DNA from: Tubiluchus corallicola
Taxonomy: Eukaryota > Animalia > Priapulida
NCBI GenBank assembly: GCA_030141605.1
Contig: JAQGDQ010000431.1
Coordinates: forward strand, 124,001-188,000
Direction of reading: 5' to 3'
Length of the DNA stretch: 64,000 nucleotides
Part shown: positions 39,519 through 52,098 of the stretch, piece by piece
How the letters are laid out: every line of letters begins with the position of its first letter
Numbering within the stretch: the first letter of the stretch is position 1
Position numbers and translations under genes: made by a program
The notes under the pieces: generated by a model
Database searches by the model: none
What the model was told of the DNA's origin: nothing
What the model saw: only the letters and a program-made list of their open reading frames with translations

Positions 39519-42500
39519 TATGTATTATATGTATATATACCTGTATATAAACCTGTATATAAGTAAAAATACAATTATATATATATAATAAAATATATAT
39601 ATAAAATATATGCATATATAAAATGTATATGTGTACATACGTATATATGTGCATATATAGCACATATAGCATCACTTACCTGTCCTTTCAATGCATACTT
39701 AAAATTGCCATTTTAAAATATTCTCTAGAAAAAAATTTGCAATATTTCTACTGTTCAGTTAATACGCTATTATAACAGCCTGTCTTGCTTTCACTAACAG
39801 TGTGCAATGTGATTGCTTAAAATCAGCTCAGCATTTATCTTGGAATGTGAAGTTTTAGGGTAAAACCTTGGGGTACTGAGCTACATTTACCAGTCTGGCT
39901 TGAATTGTGTTGCTGACATTAAGTGTTCAGACAATTTCAATAGCACTAGGAACTTTGCCCACCTGTACAAAACTTCTCACATGAAGTGTGGCTGCCTATA
40001 AATGGAACTGAAATGCGTAAGTCAGGTGTGTTTTGACCAAGTATAAAGCTGCAGTATTGACTCACTTTTACTTGTATTTAATCAAAGGAAAGCCGGATGA
40101 TTGATTAGACTCAATCTCATTTTAATTTGCCGTCCAAAATATACATTTTCTTGCTTATAAAAGTTAGCATTTTTTTCTAATATTTGAATAATTACTTTGG
40201 AAAGTTAATAAAGGCAACCGAACACAGCTATCACTTACGTCACAAACTAACCACAGTTTGTGCAATAGTAAGCATCTGCCCTGCGCGTCAAGCACATTTG
40301 TGTAAGTAGCGATTGCTATGAGACGCTGACATGATGTCAAGAAAATGAACACTGACATCACAGACGAACATTGCAGTTTATGACCATGCTTATCACGCTA
40401 CCACGCCCACACGTGAATGTGACAAAAAGGCATTATTGCCAGTGAATTCACTGAGCTCCGCTTAGCTTTGAAAATTTAACAAAATTTAACTATCCAAAGT
40501 AATTATTATTTAGTCTAAGTTTTGATTTAAAAAAAAGCTGTTGTAGTTTTCATTATTTTAGAGCATACTTTATTTTGAGTTAATGTCTACACAATCGTCC
40601 GGTTTTCTTTAAATTTCGCTATATCAAGCTGTGGTGATCGGCTTATGGCAATTTTTCTCTTTGTGAGAACATGGCTTTTGCATTCGCATCGTCACAGCAA
40701 CCGTTTTCTTTTCATAAAATTGCTCTATGACATTTTTTGCAGATCTTTGGACCGGTGATGTCCATACTTAGGTTCGACAATTACGACGAAATTTACGACA
40801 GAGCGAATGACTCAAAATACGGTCTTGCCGCTTCAGTGTTTACAAAAGATTTAGATAAAGCGATGATGATTGCATCTGGTGTTAAAGCTGGTACAGTGTG
40901 GTGAGTATTTATTGATTTTTTACGACTGAAAATTGACCATAATACCTAGTTTTTGCTTTCAAGAAATGGTCCACGTTTTCCCCAAGGCTGATGCTAATAT
41001 AGTCTTTTATAGTTAAAACATCACAACTTTATTAATTAAAAATCATATCTAACGTTTCGACAGAGCTACTACTTTCATCATCAGTGGTAAGTTTCACAAA
41101 CATACAATCGGTTTATATAGGCAGAGCCTAGAGTATAGAACATTATGCACTAATTATGTATTTAACAGAAGCTAAATAGGTAATGATTAAGCAGGTCAGT
41201 ACAAGAGAAATTGATAGAGTAAATTATGCATTAATTGTGTATTTAACAGATATTCTCTAATCTCTATTAGTTATTTTACAGGTTTTGATTTGACTAAATG
41301 GAGATGGAGTAAATTATGCACTATTTGACCACTATTTGACTTTTTGTAAATACATAATTAGTGCTTAATTATGAAAGAGATTTGAAAGTGGTATATTTAG
41401 CATAAGTAGTGGAGGGGAGACTAACTAAGTAATCACGGTGTTAACTTAGTTACCAAAGTTGAGCAGTTCAAGCTTGGTTAGTAAATCTACGGATAGTTGC
41501 ACGGAAAATTGTTTTTGTTACGACACCTGTTGTTCTGTAGTTGATTACTTCTCTCGTCGGGGATAAATGCATTTGCACCTGAGCTCGATTACGACTCACC
41601 TGTTCAGTTTTTCATCTTGAACCATTATTCTTAATAAAGAGCTTGATAATCCGACCGCACAGACTGCACACGTGTCCGTTGAGTAAGTCCTGCTTCTAAA
41701 CTGCGAATCCCGGCTTGACGAACTGCATTAAAATAAGCTTACATATTACCATGTACTTATAGTTAAAAACAACGCAACTTTATTAAAAACTTTTACATTA
41801 AAAAGTTAAAATCATGCCAAATGTTTCGACAGGCTGCTGCTGTCATCATCAGTGGTAAATTTACAAACTTACAACCAGTTTATATTGGCAGAGACTATTA
41901 TGCACTAATGATGTATTTACAAAAGCCAAATAGCATTAATGATTAAGCAGACCTGAAGAAAAGAAATTGATACAGTAACAAATAGCTAAGTGTTTTAAAA
42001 TAAAGTTAAAGGAATTGAACTGCTTTGTACATCAAGAAAAAAGTTATTAGGGTACATAGATAAACTTTTTTTTATTAATAAGTCCCAGTTATTTGTAGGT
42101 CTGATCATGATACTGAGTATTATTAAAATTAGCTTTGTGGCCAGAGGCACAAATACGGTTATTAATGCTGGAGTGAGGAGAATTTTTTATTTTTTGCCAG
42201 TTCTAGACGAAACAAACGGACACTTTAAAGTAAGAACATGTGAAGATCTTATGATGAGTATTTCGTCTAGAACTGTTAAGAAATTAAAAAAATCCCCTCG
42301 ATTCAGCATTAATGACCTTATTTGTGCCTCTGACCGCAAAACTAATTTTAATAATTTCATTTAATAATTCTCTGTTAATTACTTAATTAGTGCATAATGG
42401 GCTCTGCCCATATAAACTGGTTGTATGTTTGTAAATTTACCACTGATGATGACAGCAGCTAGTCGAAACGTTTGGCGTGATTTTAACTTTTTAATGTAAA

Positions 42501-45500
42501 AGTTTAAAAACGTTTTTATTAAATGTGTGTTTTAATAGTGTTTTAACTATAAACATTACAGTTATGGCTTTTAAAGCAACGTAAAAGTTGTACGACTGAG
42601 ATTTATCATTTTCCACAATTTTTATTCAAAATCAGTTTTGAGATTTATGGGATTTTTTTGTGTGACATGAAAACTTTACATGTATCTGGTAACACAGCTA
42701 TTGGTTAAAACTGAAAACAATTAAAATTTGCAAAAAAAATCATGTGAAATCTTTCTACAATGTTTATTTCACAAATTTCTACTTATTTTACGTGCCTGTA
42801 ATAAAACAAACCATGTACTTGTATCACGTGTAATGGTGACTTTTGAAGGAAAGGCTTAGACTCTTGAGAAGTTGGGCTTCTTTCAATGATTGCAAAAAAT
42901 GTTAGGAAGATTCAGTAATAAAGTTGCGAACACTTCAAGCTTAGTGCTCCCAGTTTTAACGCCCATTGTTCCACCAATGACATCATTCATCCCATTGTTC
43001 CACCAATGACATCATTCATCTCATTGTTCCACCATTGACATCAGTCATCGACTGCTGAAAAGCAGCACATTGTCAGTTTGGATCAAAAGTATAATAAGTT
43101 TTTAAAAAAATTAGTTAGCTAATTTTGCGATGTTTTTGCGTAAACATTAAGCTGCAGAAGTCTGAATTAGTTTAAGCAGCACGTGCTTATGAAAGTTACT
43201 AAGTCTCCCGCTTTAGCATTTAATTATGAACTTTGTAGCATTTGAAATCAAAGTTGAAAATTATATTCAAATTGAAAATATTTTTTTTAAAAATCACGTA
43301 GCTTATTTGTTTTAGACGATTATTTAAAGCAATTTTTTGTAATTACTGTCTAAGTTGCGAGCGAGTGTTACTATTTTACGAATAATAAAATTGTTTAACT
43401 GAAATTAGTCGGCAATTTGTGTGCTTGCAAACCAAAACCGTCCATAAGTCAGCATAATTAAAGCTACGTTATGATGTTTGAAAGTAGAATGACAAAAAAT
43501 TTGGTCAAATGTCAATTTTTCGTATTTTATAAAAACCAGTGCTAAATATATTGGACTTTTATATTCTAGCATCAAATTATCAAGAACGTGCTCAAAAATT
43601 ACTAAAAATCTAATTTTATAACCCCGTATCCATTTTTCTGGTTAGAAACTAGTAATGCGATTGTAAAAACCTTGTATTTTCATACTCTGATAGTAGTGCG
43701 TAGAAGCAGTCATTTCACTTCGGGTTTTTACTGTTGCCAAACCCAGATCCTCGTCAGACTAGGCCATCTACTGGATTTAAATGTAACTTCAGTGTGCTCT
43801 TGTAAAGTCCATAACAACCAACATTTGTGTGGTTGCTAAGTGTTTTGTAGAAACATGACAAAAACAATGGCTGACTTTAACAGCGATTTTCTCAAGATTA
43901 TGTTTTTCAGTGCGCAACCTGCACCTCACCTACAACATGGATTATCTCAGCTTAGAAATAACATAGAGCAATGAACTTGACATCAAAATGATCCTCATGA
44001 AATGGAGACTCAGAATATGTGAATAACTAGAAAAGCTTTACTGTTGACTTATAGAAGATTGTGCAAGCACTCAAATAATAAAATTGTTAAACTAAATTAT
44101 TGTTGTTATGTTGTTATGTTATTATGTTATGTTAATTTAAATTTATTTATTATTGTTAATTTAGTTGTTATGTTAATTTAAATTTAATTGTTAAAGTAAA
44201 TTATAAATGACTCGGCAATTTTAACATAATTCATTATCTTTTCTTGCATTTATTTTTGAGCATTCAGTTTTGCTATTTTTTTGCCATGCTGCGAAGCATT
44301 TCACATGTTGAAATCACCAATGTCAGAAATGTCTCTCATTTCAGGGTGAACTGCTACAATAACTTCGATGCTGCCGCTCCGTTTGGAGGGTACAAGATGT
44401 CCGGAATGGGTCGGGAGAAAGGAGAGTATGGCATGAGGGCCTACACGGAGGTGAAAACTGTAAGTTTAGTTTTTCTGATAGTGAAGCCATTGCTTTCCTG
44501 TGACACGTGAAGCCAGTATTTTATCATTAATAATGAAAAACATTTTGCATGTAGTAAATTACTTGCAATTAGCTTCGTTGTTTCCTAAATTAAACCATTA
44601 ATCATGATTAAACGTTGCATAATTTACCCGCTATGATATCATTACAAACTAATGCGTAATTTATGGATTGAAATTTCTGCAAACGCTACAAAAACAAAGA
44701 TAAGAGGTACATTTTTTCACATAAATATAAGAGTTTCGCAATTTGACAGGTTAGAATAATTAAAATAAAGCTGCTTTAAGCGTTATAATCAACATCTGTT
44801 CAAGATCAAACTAGTAAGAACAAAATAACATTAAAATGATAGATTTCATGAGTCCTGATAGGTTTACGGAATTTTGGGTTTTTTAAAAAAGTTCACCTTA
44901 TTATCTATAGAAATTATATTATACACAGAAATTAAATAGGCGTCTTTATGGAAAACCACTTGATATAAAATCACCTGGCAGAGTATCCAGTGATGATCTG
45001 TATGATGTGGTCAAATAGAATCCTTGGAGTAAACAAATACAAGCAAGAAGATTGGATTGAATTGGGCATACACTAAGATTAAATGGTCTGACAGAATATC
45101 CAATGATGATCTGTATAATGTGGTCAAGAAGAATCCTTGGAATAAACAAACACAAGTAAGAAGATTGCATGGGATTGGGCGTACACCAAGATTACCTCAA
45201 GAGTCTCCTCTTCCTATAGCATTACGTAAAATTCTTGAAATGACAAAAAACCAAGAGGGGGGCCAGAAGTTTATAGATTTACTACAAAAAGGTTTGGCAA
45301 ATACAAACTCTAGGTTTGAGGGATGATGCTTCGTAAGTGGTGGGGGTGGACAGGAATGCCTCAACAGGTGGGACATGTCTTAGAACGCAGCAGCACCAAA
45401 ACAACGATGATGATGACTCCATTATCAGTACTGAACTTTAAAGGACAAGAAAAGGGGTACCTGAAGTAGGCTTCAGAAAAATCACCTTAAAAATTATACT

Positions 45501-46292
45501 ACTTTACAGCAATTTTATGCACATATCGTACTCGCATTAAAAGGAATTTTTGTTTATTTTCATTTTAAATCTCCCGCATTACTGTTCCAACCATGCCATT
45601 ACGTGACGTCATACACATAAACTGGGCAGAAAAAGAAATTTTGAACTATGTCTCAAAAAACTTTCCATGCAAAATTATATTACTTAGCATTTCTCTTACC
45701 TGCTTGAAAGACTTATGTAACTAGAAATAATGTTCGTGCCAGTAAAATGTCACTGACTCACCCTCCAGGGTACACCACTCACTAACAAAAATGTATTTTT
45801 AATCTTATTTACAAGATACAGTAATTTAAAATTTTACTTAATTAGTAAAGTGTGCTACTTACATGTGTGCTACAAATGCTCTGATTATTTTTTCAAATTT
45901 TACGCAATGTTATCTAAACTTGTTTCAAAAGACCTACGATTAAAATGGTTGCGCCTAACGGTCATTGCGAAAGTTTAAATTTACATGTTTTATACACCGT
46001 TGCTGCTGACGTAAGCCCTGCATGCACAAAAGCAGTATGTAAGTTGTACAAAATTTCAAAACGAATTTTTTAAGCTTTATGTAGGTGGAGTTCTTTAGCC
46101 TTTTCATAAGTACACTGCTTTGAAGCTGTATAAATGAACTTCAGTAAATCCTTTGCATAAATAACGACATGGTAAGTTTGCTAAACGTGCTTCAGAACTT
46201 TACGTATCAAATGTATTGATTTTTTGCAGCCCTATATCTCGATTGTATCTTGTTTCTAGGTGACCATAAAGTTACCTCAGAAGAACTCGTAA
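21556..46292 (+). CDS. ALDH2: Mitochondrial aldehyde dehydrogenase (ALDH2/ALDH1-2 family), complete, 520 aa, 13 coding exons
   Basis: Exons: 21556-21681, 23430-23534, 25402-25542, 28620-28699, 30297-30346, 32065-32255, 32820-32930, 34312-34414, 36719-36903, 38989-39153, 40743-40900, 44345-44459, 46260-46292; total 1563 nt, all GT-AG and in phase. Motifs: Arg-rich acid-free presequence [50 protein letters not shown] (catalytic Glu), [11 protein letters not shown] (catalytic Cys), [31 protein letters not shown]. Confidence 0.97.
24806..25217. mobile_element. Non-autonomous hAT MITE nested in a LINE 3' remnant
   Basis: TIRs TAGGGGCGTATCAA / TTAATACGCCTCTG; perfect 8-bp TSD CATATATG (24798-24805, 25218-25225). 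The flanking minus-strand remnant reads [21 protein letters not shown] (CR1/L2-type end). Confidence 0.85.
25922..26336 (+). mobile_element. L2-clade LINE 3' end
   Basis: [16 protein letters not shown]...[36 protein letters not shown], followed by an AT-rich 3'UTR ending aataaattttacattacatt. Confidence 0.85.
26634..27290. repeat. 31-bp minisatellite, about 20 copies
   Basis: Unit acaacattctagagtgtgttgtgtaagcagt, with variants. Confidence 0.95.
27748..27915. repeat. (CT)n microsatellite
   Basis: Direct reading. Confidence 0.95.
28817..29324 (+). mobile_element. TTAA-flanked MITE, second Kolobok-like family
   Basis: TTAA|AGGAAAGGTCAA ... TTGTCCTTTCCT|TTAA; homologous to ~42847-43210 and 57728-58261. 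Confidence 0.75.
34445..34990 (+). mobile_element. TTAA-flanked MITE, third Kolobok-like family
   Basis: TTAA|AGGAAAACCGAACGATTG ... CAATCGTCCAGTTTTCCT|TTAA; inverted copy at 40086-40608 and partial copy from 58266. Confidence 0.8.
35141..35190 (+). mobile_element. 5S-rRNA-like internal promoter fragment (SINE3-type remnant)
   Basis: aagttaagca...ttagtaattggatgggtgacc resembles the 5S A-box/IE/C-box; not a full 5S gene. A weaker copy lies at ~41455-41495. Confidence 0.45.
37455..38060 (+). repeat. Interspersed repeat with an internal ~74-bp tandem triplication (37720-37952); inverted copy at ~29550-29850
   Basis: gtgctgctcagtcacctgtacctg...agccaatcag shared in reverse with 29700-29805; three units of agtctctcacagctcaacacaatttcatattcttt. 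Confidence 0.7.
38190..38726. mobile_element. TIR MITE family E, full-length
   Basis: CACTCATATCTCGGTTTG ... CAAACCGAGATATGAGTG, flanked by tg/tg. Confidence 0.85.
39427..39657. repeat. ~60-bp inverted repeat around a (TA)n tract
   Basis: atgcacatatatacgtatgtatacatatacattttatatatgcacatatttta versus taaaatatatgcatatataaaatgtatatgtgtacatacgtatatatgtgcat. Confidence 0.85.
41007..42552. mobile_element. Cluster of Penelope-like terminal repeats (two direct copies on minus, one inverted on plus), each with a minimal hammerhead motif
   Basis: Copies start at 41007 and 41757 (minus) and end at 42552 (plus); HHR-like cores at 41049-41088, 41817-41856 and 42439-42475. No RT or GIY-YIG ORF seen, so the PLE call rests on the motif and arrangement. 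Confidence 0.6.
42439..42475 (+). ncRNA. Minimal type-I hammerhead ribozyme motif
   Basis: aCCA CUGAUGA u GAC agcagcua GUC GAAA CG UU UGG: conserved core, stem II, palindromic AACGUU in place of stem III, CCA/UGG stem I. Confidence 0.6.
43419..44070 (+). mobile_element. TIR MITE family B, near full-length
   Basis: gtgtgcttgcaa ... gtgcaagcac. Confidence 0.8.
44960..45416 (+). mobile_element. RTE-clade LINE 3' end with an internal ~113-bp duplication and (GAT)n tail
   Basis: [13 protein letters not shown]...[20 protein letters not shown]; duplicated blocks at 44977-45081 and 45090-45194; gatgatgatgac at ~45406. Confidence 0.75.
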
Positions 46293-46482
46293 ACCCTCCC
46301 ACGACTGGGCGGACGGACGGTCATCACTGGACTCCCATTGTCTTCTCTAACTCTAATATACCTCACTAATTTTTGTAGACAAGTCGGTACCAGTTGTTGG
46401 TTATTAGTAATCGTGATTCGTTTATTTTGATATATTAATGTTAATTAGACGGAAGTAGTGAAAGTTTCATCGCGCATGTTAA

Positions 46483-47177
46483 TTCCTTCAGGACCGTAAG
46501 AGTTTGTTGCATTTAACATGGGTTCACAACAATCTGCTCTCACTAAGCAGCTATTACATTATATTTGATAATTTTTGTAGGTTTCTACTCCTCACACAAT
46601 GAATTTTAATGCAAAATTATGTATGAAATGCATTTGCATACCTTAGACAAATTAAAAATAGATTTTTGATAAATAAATTAAAAAAAGCTTTCAGTAACTG
46701 CTGTGTTTGCACTGTAACAATGTACAGTATCACTTGTATGAAATCGGCTAATGCAGAAAATTTCAACTATCCAGACACAACACTCTGATACACTTTGGCC
46801 TCAGGTCTACTCTATTTTTAAGGAGAAATTCCTGTTAAAAGATGAAACGACCTTAATTTGTTCTTGGCTGATCGGTTGGGTTTTCCTGGGAATCTGTACA
46901 GCAGACAGTTCTCTTGGGCTGCATCAAACAGGCGATCAATAAATTAGTGTGTACAATCATGTAAGTGTACACCAGACTAAGCTAATCAATAGGCTAAGTT
47001 GGAGTGCCTGAAGACGACGTGTTTTTCTCAATTTTATCCAATTAAATCATTTATAAATGTTTAAACAAATAGGATTGTTGGATAGCTGAGATTTTCCTGT
47101 TATTTCTGTGCTCATACAATAGCAGAAAAGTCATAGGTGTTATAAGACCTAGTTTGAATGGTGCGGTCCTGAAGGAG
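46483..47177. mobile_element. piggyBac-like MITE just 3' of the ALDH2 stop codon
   Basis: TTAA|TTCCTTCAGGACCG ... CGGTCCTGAAGGAG|TTAG. Confidence 0.7.
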
Positions 47178-49199
47178 TTAGGCGTGATTTAAGGAGACAA
47201 TGTATCTCATTCAGCTGCATTGTTCTCAGTTTTCCATGCGGCTTTTATAGCGAATCTCGAACAAGCTGCCCACTTTGATCTCGTCTCATATTATTCATTT
47301 TAAACATGTTCAATTTTGCCACAGTTTTAGTTCATTTATGTCAGAAATGTAGTTATCAGTGTCGTAGCTTTATGACCTTAGAGGCTCGATTTAATGGAAT
47401 TGTTAGTTGGAAAGAGTTTACAATTTAAGTACCCTGACCCAAACCTTAAGCTTAATTCAAACCCCAGCGCTAATCCTAACCCTAACTCACACCGTAAGCC
47501 TAACCCACCCTGATCCTAATCCTAATCCTGATCTGCTTCATGAACTAATTCGTTCGTGTGCGGCAGATTGTAAACTTTATCCTGTTAGTTTAGTAGTCAT
47601 TTTTCTAGTGAAACCGGTGATGTAAACAACTAATCTTCCCCTGGCTCATTTACATTAATGCCGGGTTACACTTGTGGTTAGAATTTAAACGGTTTCAAAC
47701 CACTGCAGACATTTTAAAGGCAGTAGCCCACCCATCGGGGTGGGATTTCGGCAGAAATCATACCCAGGGTTGACAATCAATGATATTATGAAGATATTTT
47801 TATGAAAGTAGAGCTACAACATGCCGTAAAGTGAATCTTTTATTTGTATTTGTATCGTACACAAATGAGTTTTATTTTACGTTTTTTATTTTATTCTGCA
47901 AACTGAATGTTTCCTTTTGTATCGAAAACGATCGTGATGTACAGTAGTACGGACAATCAAGATTGCCTTTTCAATTTTCTGTCAGTGAAGACCATTGATA
48001 TACATTGTCACACACATTAGAGCAGAATTAGCCTTTTCGCAGTTCCAGCGATTGATGATGTTCGTGAAAAGGTCAAAGGTTAAGTGTACCAGACAATGCA
48101 TTTGTGAACACTTGACGACGCCTCACAGCCCATGCTGTTGCAATAGCAATTAAGAAAAGGGACGAATGCTAGCTATAGAACCTTACCTATTTTTTTCTTG
48201 TTCCCAAGTAAGAGTCCACACAGGCCAACGCATAATTAAGTAAAGTCCAAGAAAACAACTGAAGTTACTGAACTGATGTGGCTTTGCTTTACCCACATGT
48301 CACGTGACGGTTGTAGCTAAGACGCGTTGCTGTGGTGCACTTAACCTTTGACCTACAGCAACTGCGCGTGTGCACAACGAAACCGTGAAAAGGCTTATTT
48401 TTGTGCATCGAGTCAAACGTCTTTATACCACCTGTTTTGCATTGTGTAAGTTTGACATTATAACAAGGTACATTAATGCACACACTTTTGTCTATGCAAA
48501 TATAGATGTTTTGCATTACTAAAGTTTGGGGCATTAAGAAGAATTTCTAAACATCATTTTTGAGTCAAAATAATAAAGAATTAAGTAATATGAAGGACAT
48601 ACATTTCATTATCGACAGAAAAGTATCCGTTACTAGCGTGATGGCATTGTGTTTTCAAAACTATTGACTGATAGGGTGATTTGTTTACTAAATTAATGAT
48701 CTCAGCACAAGATATTTAATTGTTATTTTTAAGCTGCTTTATATTTTAACAATCCTGTTTTTAATCTAGTTTATATTTACTTAGGTTTATGTTCTTAGCT
48801 TATTAACGATTTTGTTATTATCAGTTAGTTTCTTGTGATATTGAATATAATTATGTTAAAGTAATAAACAGAGCGATAATCTTGAATAAAGATGTTATCA
48901 TCAAGCATTTTTTACTGAATAAAGCAAAGCTAATTATATATTTGATGTGCGAGTTAAAATTAATTCTCTTCCATTCCCGGATAACTGTACTCCCGTGTTT
49001 TCCCTATTTTTCTTACAGGATTCTCCTTGCTGCCTAGGCTAAGTGTACTTGATGTGAGTAGCAACATGCCCTTGGGGAGAAAGTAGGGTAAGGAGGGATG
49101 AAAAGAACATTTGGGCAAATGGAGACTTTTCCTACATGTGTTTTCGTTTCCGTCCAGTATCAAGTAAATTAGAAATTAAAATGTATGATTGAGGGCATT

Positions 49200-49410
49200 T
49201 CCCCCCTCTCTGTCCCTTCCTCTCTTCCTTTCTCTGTCTCTCTCTCTCTCCCTCCTCGCAGTCCCTCCCTCTCTCCCTTTCCCTCCCTCTCCATCTCTGC
49301 CTTTTCCTCTCCGTCTCTCCCTCTTTATCTTTCTCTCTCTCTCCCCATCTCTCTCTCTCACCATCTTCCTCTTCCTCATCACTTCTCTTTCTCTATTTCT
49401 TCTGTATCTC
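49200..49410. repeat. CT-rich low-complexity tract
   Basis: Direct reading. Confidence 0.9.
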
Positions 49411-50344
49411 TATTTAGTTTACTCAGCTAGTATACATAGCAAACTAGTCACTATACAAAGGCCTTGATTGCATATATATTTTTATACTATTTTCAATAAT
49501 ATTTGAGTACTTCACTTCAGGTTAGGTGCTTTTCAAATACAACGACAAAAAAGTTCAATTCTATACGCATTTATTACAAAACCATTATAAATACACAATT
49601 ATGTACAATAATAAATAGCTGTTATATTTACAGTAATTACAATACAGTATCGTTCATCATTTGGTTCAATCTGTTACAAGAACTTACATAAATATTTATC
49701 AGGTAATATTTCATAGGGCTCACGTTCTTTCCTGAACTTACTGATTTTTTTAAGCTGCCATATTAGCTTCAATAAACTCTGTAATAAAATAATGGCAATT
49801 ATTTTACATTTCTAACTGAATAACAGTGACTATCTAATGATCATCATTCAACAATAGATCAGCATCTACATTATCCATTTCAGCATTTCTGTTATACTGA
49901 CCTGCATTAATCTCTATGTTACAACTCTTACATAGTTATGATCATTTATATATACTTCACATTGGGGGATTTCATGTTTTAAAAGACTTCCACTTGTTAT
50001 CTATTTCTAAAACTTTAAAGAAAACTCCATTTTGATAAGAGATGAACTGTTCTTTGATGAGGACACACATACACATTGTGCCATAGTACAATGAGATGTT
50101 ATTTTTTAGACAGTTAGACGTACATTTGACTTCAACGCTTTCAGAATCTAGCGACTGTTGTAACAAGAACATTTTTATTGGGTCACATGAGTTGCGTTTC
50201 ACATGGACAATCAGTGAAGGCATCACTAAGTCAAGAGATTTTAAACACGTTGCCAATATCAGTCAGTTCATCGTTTGTTTCATCCTTGGTCAATTTATGT
50301 CTCATTAATTAGTCATATCATAGTACTGCACTGAAAAGGTGGAG

Positions 50345-50950
50345 ATGTTGCATAGGTTTTGATAGTTCATGTTGCATGGGTTTTGATAGTTTATGTTTCA
50401 TGGGTTTTCATAGTTTATGTTGCATGTGTTTTTATAGTTCATGTTGTATGAGCTTTGGTAGTTTATGTTGCATGTGTTTTTATAGTTCATGTTGTATGAG
50501 CTTTGGTAGTTTATGTTGCATGTGTTTTTATAGTTCATGTTGTATGAGCTTTGGTAGTTTATGTTGCATGGGTGTTGATAGTTTATGTTTCATGGGTTTT
50601 GATAGTTTATGTTGCATGGGTTTTCATAGTTTATGTTGTATAAATTTTGATAGTTTGTTGTGTGGGACTTGATAGTTTAGGTTGAGTTGGTTTTGACAGT
50701 TTGTGTCACATGGGTTTTGATAGTTTATGTTGCATGTGTTTTTATAGTTCATGTTGTATGAGTTTTGATAGTTTATGTTGCATGTGTTTTTATAGTTCAT
50801 GTTGTATGAGTTTTGATAGTTTGTTTCATGGGTGTTGGTAGTTTATGTTTCATGGGTTTTGATAATTTATGTTTCATGGCTGTTGATAATTTATGTTTCA
50901 TGGGTGTTGATAGTTTATGTTTCATGGGTGTTAATAGTTTATGTTGCATC
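50345..50950. repeat. 24-bp minisatellite, about 25 copies
   Basis: Unit tttgatagtttatgttgcatgggt, with variants. Confidence 0.95.
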
Positions 50951-51521
50951 GGATTTGTTGTTCAGGGTTCAATTTGATCTACCAAACAAAATTAAATTTG
51001 ATTTGATCTATTATGTTGCTCAGCAGTACTGGTAATATAAGTGCGATGTGAAGTGAGGACAGAATCTAATGAAAATCAAGTTTTGTGCACAGACAGGGGC
51101 ATCTGTATAGAAAACCAAGAAAGACAATGTGGTGCTTTATTTAATATGACTGCAAAACATTGCTGCAAAGAACATGTTAAACGGCAAGGTGAAGCAGCTG
51201 AAACATTCATAAATATCAGCCTAGAATTATGCCGCTTTAGTCTAGTTTATGTCCTGAGCTTGAACTGCACAACAAGATTTTTCACATTACTAAAGCAAAA
51301 ATGGACCATATTTCGTTGGAAGTTTGTAAACTTAAGTAGTATGAAGTAGACTAGATAAGGCGGGGACAAGTCTTTTTATTCAAATTGTAAATGAGGCATC
51401 GGTTTCCCGTTGCGCAAGATATATTTTGACACACTGAAGGGAGCTACCGCCATTGCATTGAATAAATAGGTACCTTTTACTAAAGTTTCTAAGTACTAAA
51501 TCTCTCAAATGTGAATGGTAT

Positions 51522-52098
51522 GTGTGCTTGCAAAGCAAACCGTCCACAAGTCAGCATAGTTAAAGCTACGTTATGATGCCGTCCATTTTTCGTATTTTAT
51601 AAAAACAAATGCTAAATATATTGGACTTTAAATATTCTAGCATCAAATTATCAAGAAAGTGTTCAAAAAACGCTAAAAATCTAATTTTATAACTCCTTAC
51701 CCACTTTTCTGTCTAGAAACTAGTACTGCAATTGTAAAAAAACTCCTAGTTTCAAACTCCGATAGTCGCTCCTGGAAGCAGCCATTTTCTTTCAGGTTTC
51801 ATTCAGCCAAGACCAGATCTTCATCAAGAACAGCCATCTACTGCATTTAAACACAACTTCAATGTGTTCTTGCAAAGTTCATAGCAACCAGTATTTATGC
51901 TGGTAATGGGTAACTTTAACAGTGATTTTCTCAAGATTATGTTTTTCAGTGCGTAGCCTCCACCTCAACTTTAACATGGATTATCTCAGCTTAGAAATAT
52001 AGAGCGATCGGCTTGGTAACAAAATGATCCTCATGAAATGTGAATAACTAGAAAAACTTAATTGCCGACTTATGGACGACTTTGCTATGCAAGCACAC
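51522..52098 (+). mobile_element. TIR MITE family B
   Basis: gtgtgcttgcaa ... tgcaagcacac. Confidence 0.8.

Noticed and set aside
41516-41670. Possible solo LTR (tgttacga ... aataaa)
   Set aside because: No clear CA end with TSD or second copy could be established by eye.
50376-50672. Cys-rich ORF suggesting metallothionein or keratin-associated protein
   Set aside because: It is the translation of a 24-bp minisatellite.
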